Shown: one piece after another, positions 60,610 through 64,000 of the stretch
Position numbering within the stretch: the stretch's first letter is position 1
Layout of the letters: the number at the start of each line of letters is the position of its first letter
Source: Stegostoma tigrinum
Lineage: Eukaryota
Direction of reading: 5' to 3'
DNA: 64,000 nucleotides
NCBI RefSeq assembly: GCF_030684315.1
Contig: NC_081370.1
Coordinates: 16,260,106-16,324,105 of the forward strand
The notes under the pieces: generated by a model
The model's database searches: none
What the model was told of the DNA's origin: nothing
What the model saw: the letters and a program-made list of their open reading frames with translations, nothing else
Made by a program: the position numbers and the translations under genes

Positions 60610-61860
60610 ATACAAAAGTAAAATTCCACAGATGCTGGAAATCTGAAATAAAGAAAAACATCTGGCAATACTCAACATTTCAGGCAGCACCTTTGGAGAC
60701 AGAGAAACAGAGTTAACATTCCAGGTCAGTGACCCTTGTTAGAACTGGCATAAGTTATAAAAGCAGGTTTTAAGGAATGCTAAAGAAGGAATGTTGGCTA
60801 ATGGAGAGAATAAAAGGGAAGATTTGTGATAGGTTGGAAAACAAGACAGATTAACGGGCAAAAGGAATGATGATACCAATCAAAACAATGATATTAAAAC
60901 CTGCGAAGAAACAACAGACAGGTCCAGTGGAAGACAAAATGGAGAAATACACAATTGTCACCAAAGTCTGAAAGCATGGGGACAGAGATATTGATCTAAA
61001 GTTGTTGAAAGCAATGCTGAAAACTGTAAAGTTCTGCATTGAAGGGTGATTTCTGTTTCCTGAGTTTGCAGGAAGCCTTATTGGAATAATCTTAGAAATA
61101 GAGAAAAAATGGTCAGAATGCTGGGGCAGCAAACAAAACTAAGAGGAGACTGGAATCTCAGGATCATAATTGCAAACTGAATGGAGGTGATGTGCAGACC
61201 ATCTGCCTAAGTCACCTCTGGCCTTTTTTATGAAAGGAAACCACACTGGGGGCAGCAAATACAGAATACTAAATTCAAAGTAATAAAAACATTGTTTCAG
61301 AGACAGTAGAAACTGCCGATGCTGGAGAATCTGAGATAACAAGGTGTAGAGCTGGATGAACACAGCAGGCCAAGATTTCTGAAGAAGGGTCTAGGCCCGA
61401 AACATCAGCCTTCCTGCTCCTCTGATGATGCTTGGCCTGCTGTGTTATTCCAGCTCTACACCTTATTATCTCTAATAAAAAATCGTTGTTTCACTGAATA
61501 GAGTGTTTCAGACAAAGTATGTAAGAAGCAAGGAATTAATGGGTGCTTTGTCTTCTGCATTACATGGTAGAATGCCAGGAGAAGGGATTTGGGAGAGTTG
61601 AGGAGTGGACCAAATTGGAGAAACTTTCTTTAGAGTGTTGAGAAGGGAGAATGGGCCAGGATTGTGTTTAGTAGTGATCTCAAGTTAAAGGGAATGCATG
61701 TGTCAAAGGGTAATCTGGTGAAGCCAGGTAAGTATGGATTGTAAAATGAGAAAATGTTTTTGAGTTTCTGGGAAGATGGGAGAGTGGTGAGAGCAGAGGT
61801 GCAGGAAATGGAGCCGACAGGTCAAAGGCACTGTCAATCACTGCTCAGCTGAGGAAAAAG
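60610..61860 (-). mobile_element. Old degenerate Penelope-like element in the KCNC1 intron
   Basis: pLTR cagatgctggaaatctgaaataaag...cagagttaacattccaggtc at 60630-60745; decayed antisense GIY-YIG stretch at 60980-61280. Confidence 0.6.
61300..61472 (-). mobile_element. Younger Penelope inverted micro-insertion nested in the old copy
   Basis: 33-nt tail, 42-bp inverted arms 61333-61374 / 61431-61472 (39/42 identical), hammerhead motif ctgaagaagggtctaggcccgaaacatc at 61379-61406 (+); TSD-like taataaaaacattgtttca / taataaaaaatcgttgtttca. Confidence 0.85.
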
Positions 61861-63552
61861 ATAAACATTGGATTACTTTCAATTTAGACTTCAAATTCTT
61901 TGAGAAATAAACTGAGGGTGTCTGTAAGTGTGCATGTGGGTCATGACAGGTCTGGGTGTGGCAGTTGGATTGGAGTTGGAATGCAAGTGTGGTGTTGTGC
62001 GAGGTGGTGATGAGATGTGGTAATAGATTAGAGATAATCCATGTTTCTACATGCCAATGCCTTTAACAGATTATATTTTACCTCTTAGTACCCTTAAGGT
62101 GGGGAAATATCAGGATGTCAGTTTACATTCTAATCACCACGGAAACATTGATTTAACCAAGCAGAAAAATAAAGCATGCTAAAAGGAGATCCATCATCAA
62201 AAAAATAGTGAATTTCAAAATAGAGTCAGTGATGTGGAAATTATTGTTGACAATGTCATTGTAAGATTGCTTCCTGCAATTTGAAGTCCCCTCTCACTAT
62301 TTAACAGACGATAATGATTGATTAAAAAGAGAAATAAATTTGGTAGGAGTGCATTACATGTTCATACGACAACCTTCTGAACCATTATGTCAACTCTTTT
62401 GTTTTAGAAACATAGTTCATAGCTAAATATTCCAGGATTAACTTCTCTGTTTGTAATTTGATATCTCTTTTGCTCTCAGAAAGCAAAATTGTGAAAAGAA
62501 AACAAAACATTTCTTTTTGAGATATTAGCAGACGCACACTTAAAGCAGTTGCCTGACACTCCTATTTTAATACAGGTGTTAACCTGTTTATTTAAATGTG
62601 CTCATTAGTATACAAATAGCAATTCCTAGGCTAAAAATTTTTAATACTAAAATAGGTGTTAGAAACATCTTAATTTGATGTGATTATGTGACTATATTTC
62701 TCTCATTGAAAGAGTTAAACATCTTTTGTACTAAAATGCACAATTATTTTACGCTAATTCACTCTGAAACAGCAGGGAAAGTGGCTTCATCTTACACTAT
62801 GTTGCAGAGATATAATATTGTTTGTAATATTGCACTATGTTATTTCAAGGAATATACGACAGAATTTTAAGAGCAACTGAGATATATTTACAGAAAGACA
62901 AACTAAGGTCAGGAGTAATATTCTTTGCTGTGAAACTCTTCTAGACCACTTTCCTAGGAGTTTCAAGCCTAACCCTCTATATATTTTCATGCAACAAGAT
63001 TCCTGTAGGAGGTGGGCAATAAATAGTCTCCAGAGAAATGATTTGGAACCTGAAAGCTCTTAATGTAATCAATCTTCATTAATCTCATATTTCCTTACCC
63101 AGAAACTATTGTTATCCCCCAGTCTTAAAGGGATTCTCCTCAACCCACTTCCTACACTGCAATACCTAGTTCTAGAAACTACTAACCAGTAAATTGTGAA
63201 TAATGCTAAATAGTTCTAGTACATATAATGTTTTGATAGCCATTCTGAGATATAAATCTTTTACAATTTTTGTTATTTTATGCAAAAAGGAAAATTGGCA
63301 GAAGCTATCAATTTACAGATTATCGTAAAAATCGACAACAGGCTGGTGATATTGAATTATTTCAATGATGAATGATTTGTCTCAAAGTAGGATCTACTGG
63401 ATTGACTACATCCTATTTGGTAACATGCTTACTAAAAGGACATTTCTTACAAAACACGGGCATGGCTTAAATGTGCTGCCTTTCTAGAAACCCAAAGCTG
63501 GTTGGGATATAAAATGACTACCAGGGATAGGTGCAAAGGAAGCATTTGAGGG

Positions 63553-64000
63553 TCAGATGGACATTCCTCTAAGAGGTTTCCTACCTGCTCTGTTTATTTC
63601 TAAAATCTCTTCCTGAGCGAGTGGGCATGTGTCACTCTGTGTACTGTGATGTGGAGAGTTTACACCAGATTTACAATAATTGGGGGATCCCAGCTGGGGC
63701 GGTCTCGGTATATGCTTCTTTTTCTTCTTTGGTAATTTTTGTTTGGCCATCGCTAAGGAGTAATACATTCCAAAATTATTGACAATGACAGGGACTGGCA
63801 TAGCAATGGTCAGCACGCCCGAAAGAGCACAGAGGGCTCCTACCAACATGCCCGACCATGTCTGAGGAAACATGTCTCCATAGCCAAGTGTAGTCATGGT
63901 TACCACGGCCCACCAGAATCCAATCGGAATATTTTTGAAGTGTGTGTGTCGATCAGCTCTCAGGTCGTGGGGACTAGCACCTATCCTCTCAGCATAGTAG
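63553..64000 (-). CDS. KCNC1: KCNC1 (Kv3.1) exon 2, partial: turret, pore, S6, proximal C-terminus; Kv3.1a read-through tail to stop at 63553; internal donor for spliced isoforms after 63585
   Basis: YYAERIG...[59 protein letters not shown]...[14 protein letters not shown]...[10 protein letters not shown]|RKPLRGMSI*; GCAG|GTAGG donor; the tail is Kv3.1a-specific. Confidence 0.98.
   Translation of the reverse strand, partial: YYAERIGASPHDLRADRHTHFKNIPIGFWWAVVTMTTLGYGDMFPQTWSGMLVGALCALSGVLTIAMPVPVIVNNFGMYYSLAMAKQKLPKKKKKHIPRPPQLGSPNYCKSGVNSPHHSTQSDTCPLAQEEILEINRAGRKPLRGMSI

Noticed and set aside
55042-64000. Assignment of the gene to KCNC2 because of the PSIL tail
   Set aside because: Exon 2 ([14 protein letters not shown]...[10 protein letters not shown]), exon 3 ([14 protein letters not shown]) and the SPVIAKYM...AVRVT exon are KCNC1-specific.

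Overview
Vertebrate genomic DNA, almost certainly a shark (HE1-type SINEs, CR1/HER1-type LINEs, abundant Penelope-like elements, CpG depletion). The only clear host gene is the 3' half of KCNC1 (Kv3.1 potassium channel) on the minus strand, ~55.0-64.0 kb: the pore/S6 exon with the Kv3.1a read-through tail, exon 3, and the Kv3.1b terminal exon. There is also a phase-compatible extra terminal exon (55750-55889, ...SRSLNN...SPCPLR.S.SPIPSIL*) resembling the KCNC2/KCNC3-type tail, which I do not recall for mammalian KCNC1. Positions 1-53.5 kb are a layered transposon graveyard: CR1, CR1/L2-group, RTE, Rex1, an L1/Tx1-type LINE, Harbinger and Tigger relics, and SINEs. The main non-genic structure is a series of Penelope-like (Neptune-type, GIY-YIG) insertions carrying minimal hammerhead-ribozyme motifs. 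They range from a young ~2.1-kb palindrome (1017-bp arms, 15-bp TSD) to 60-200-bp micro-insertions whose inner breakpoints cluster at the ribozyme. TE boundaries are approximate, and family names and human residue numbering are from memory, not from database searches.
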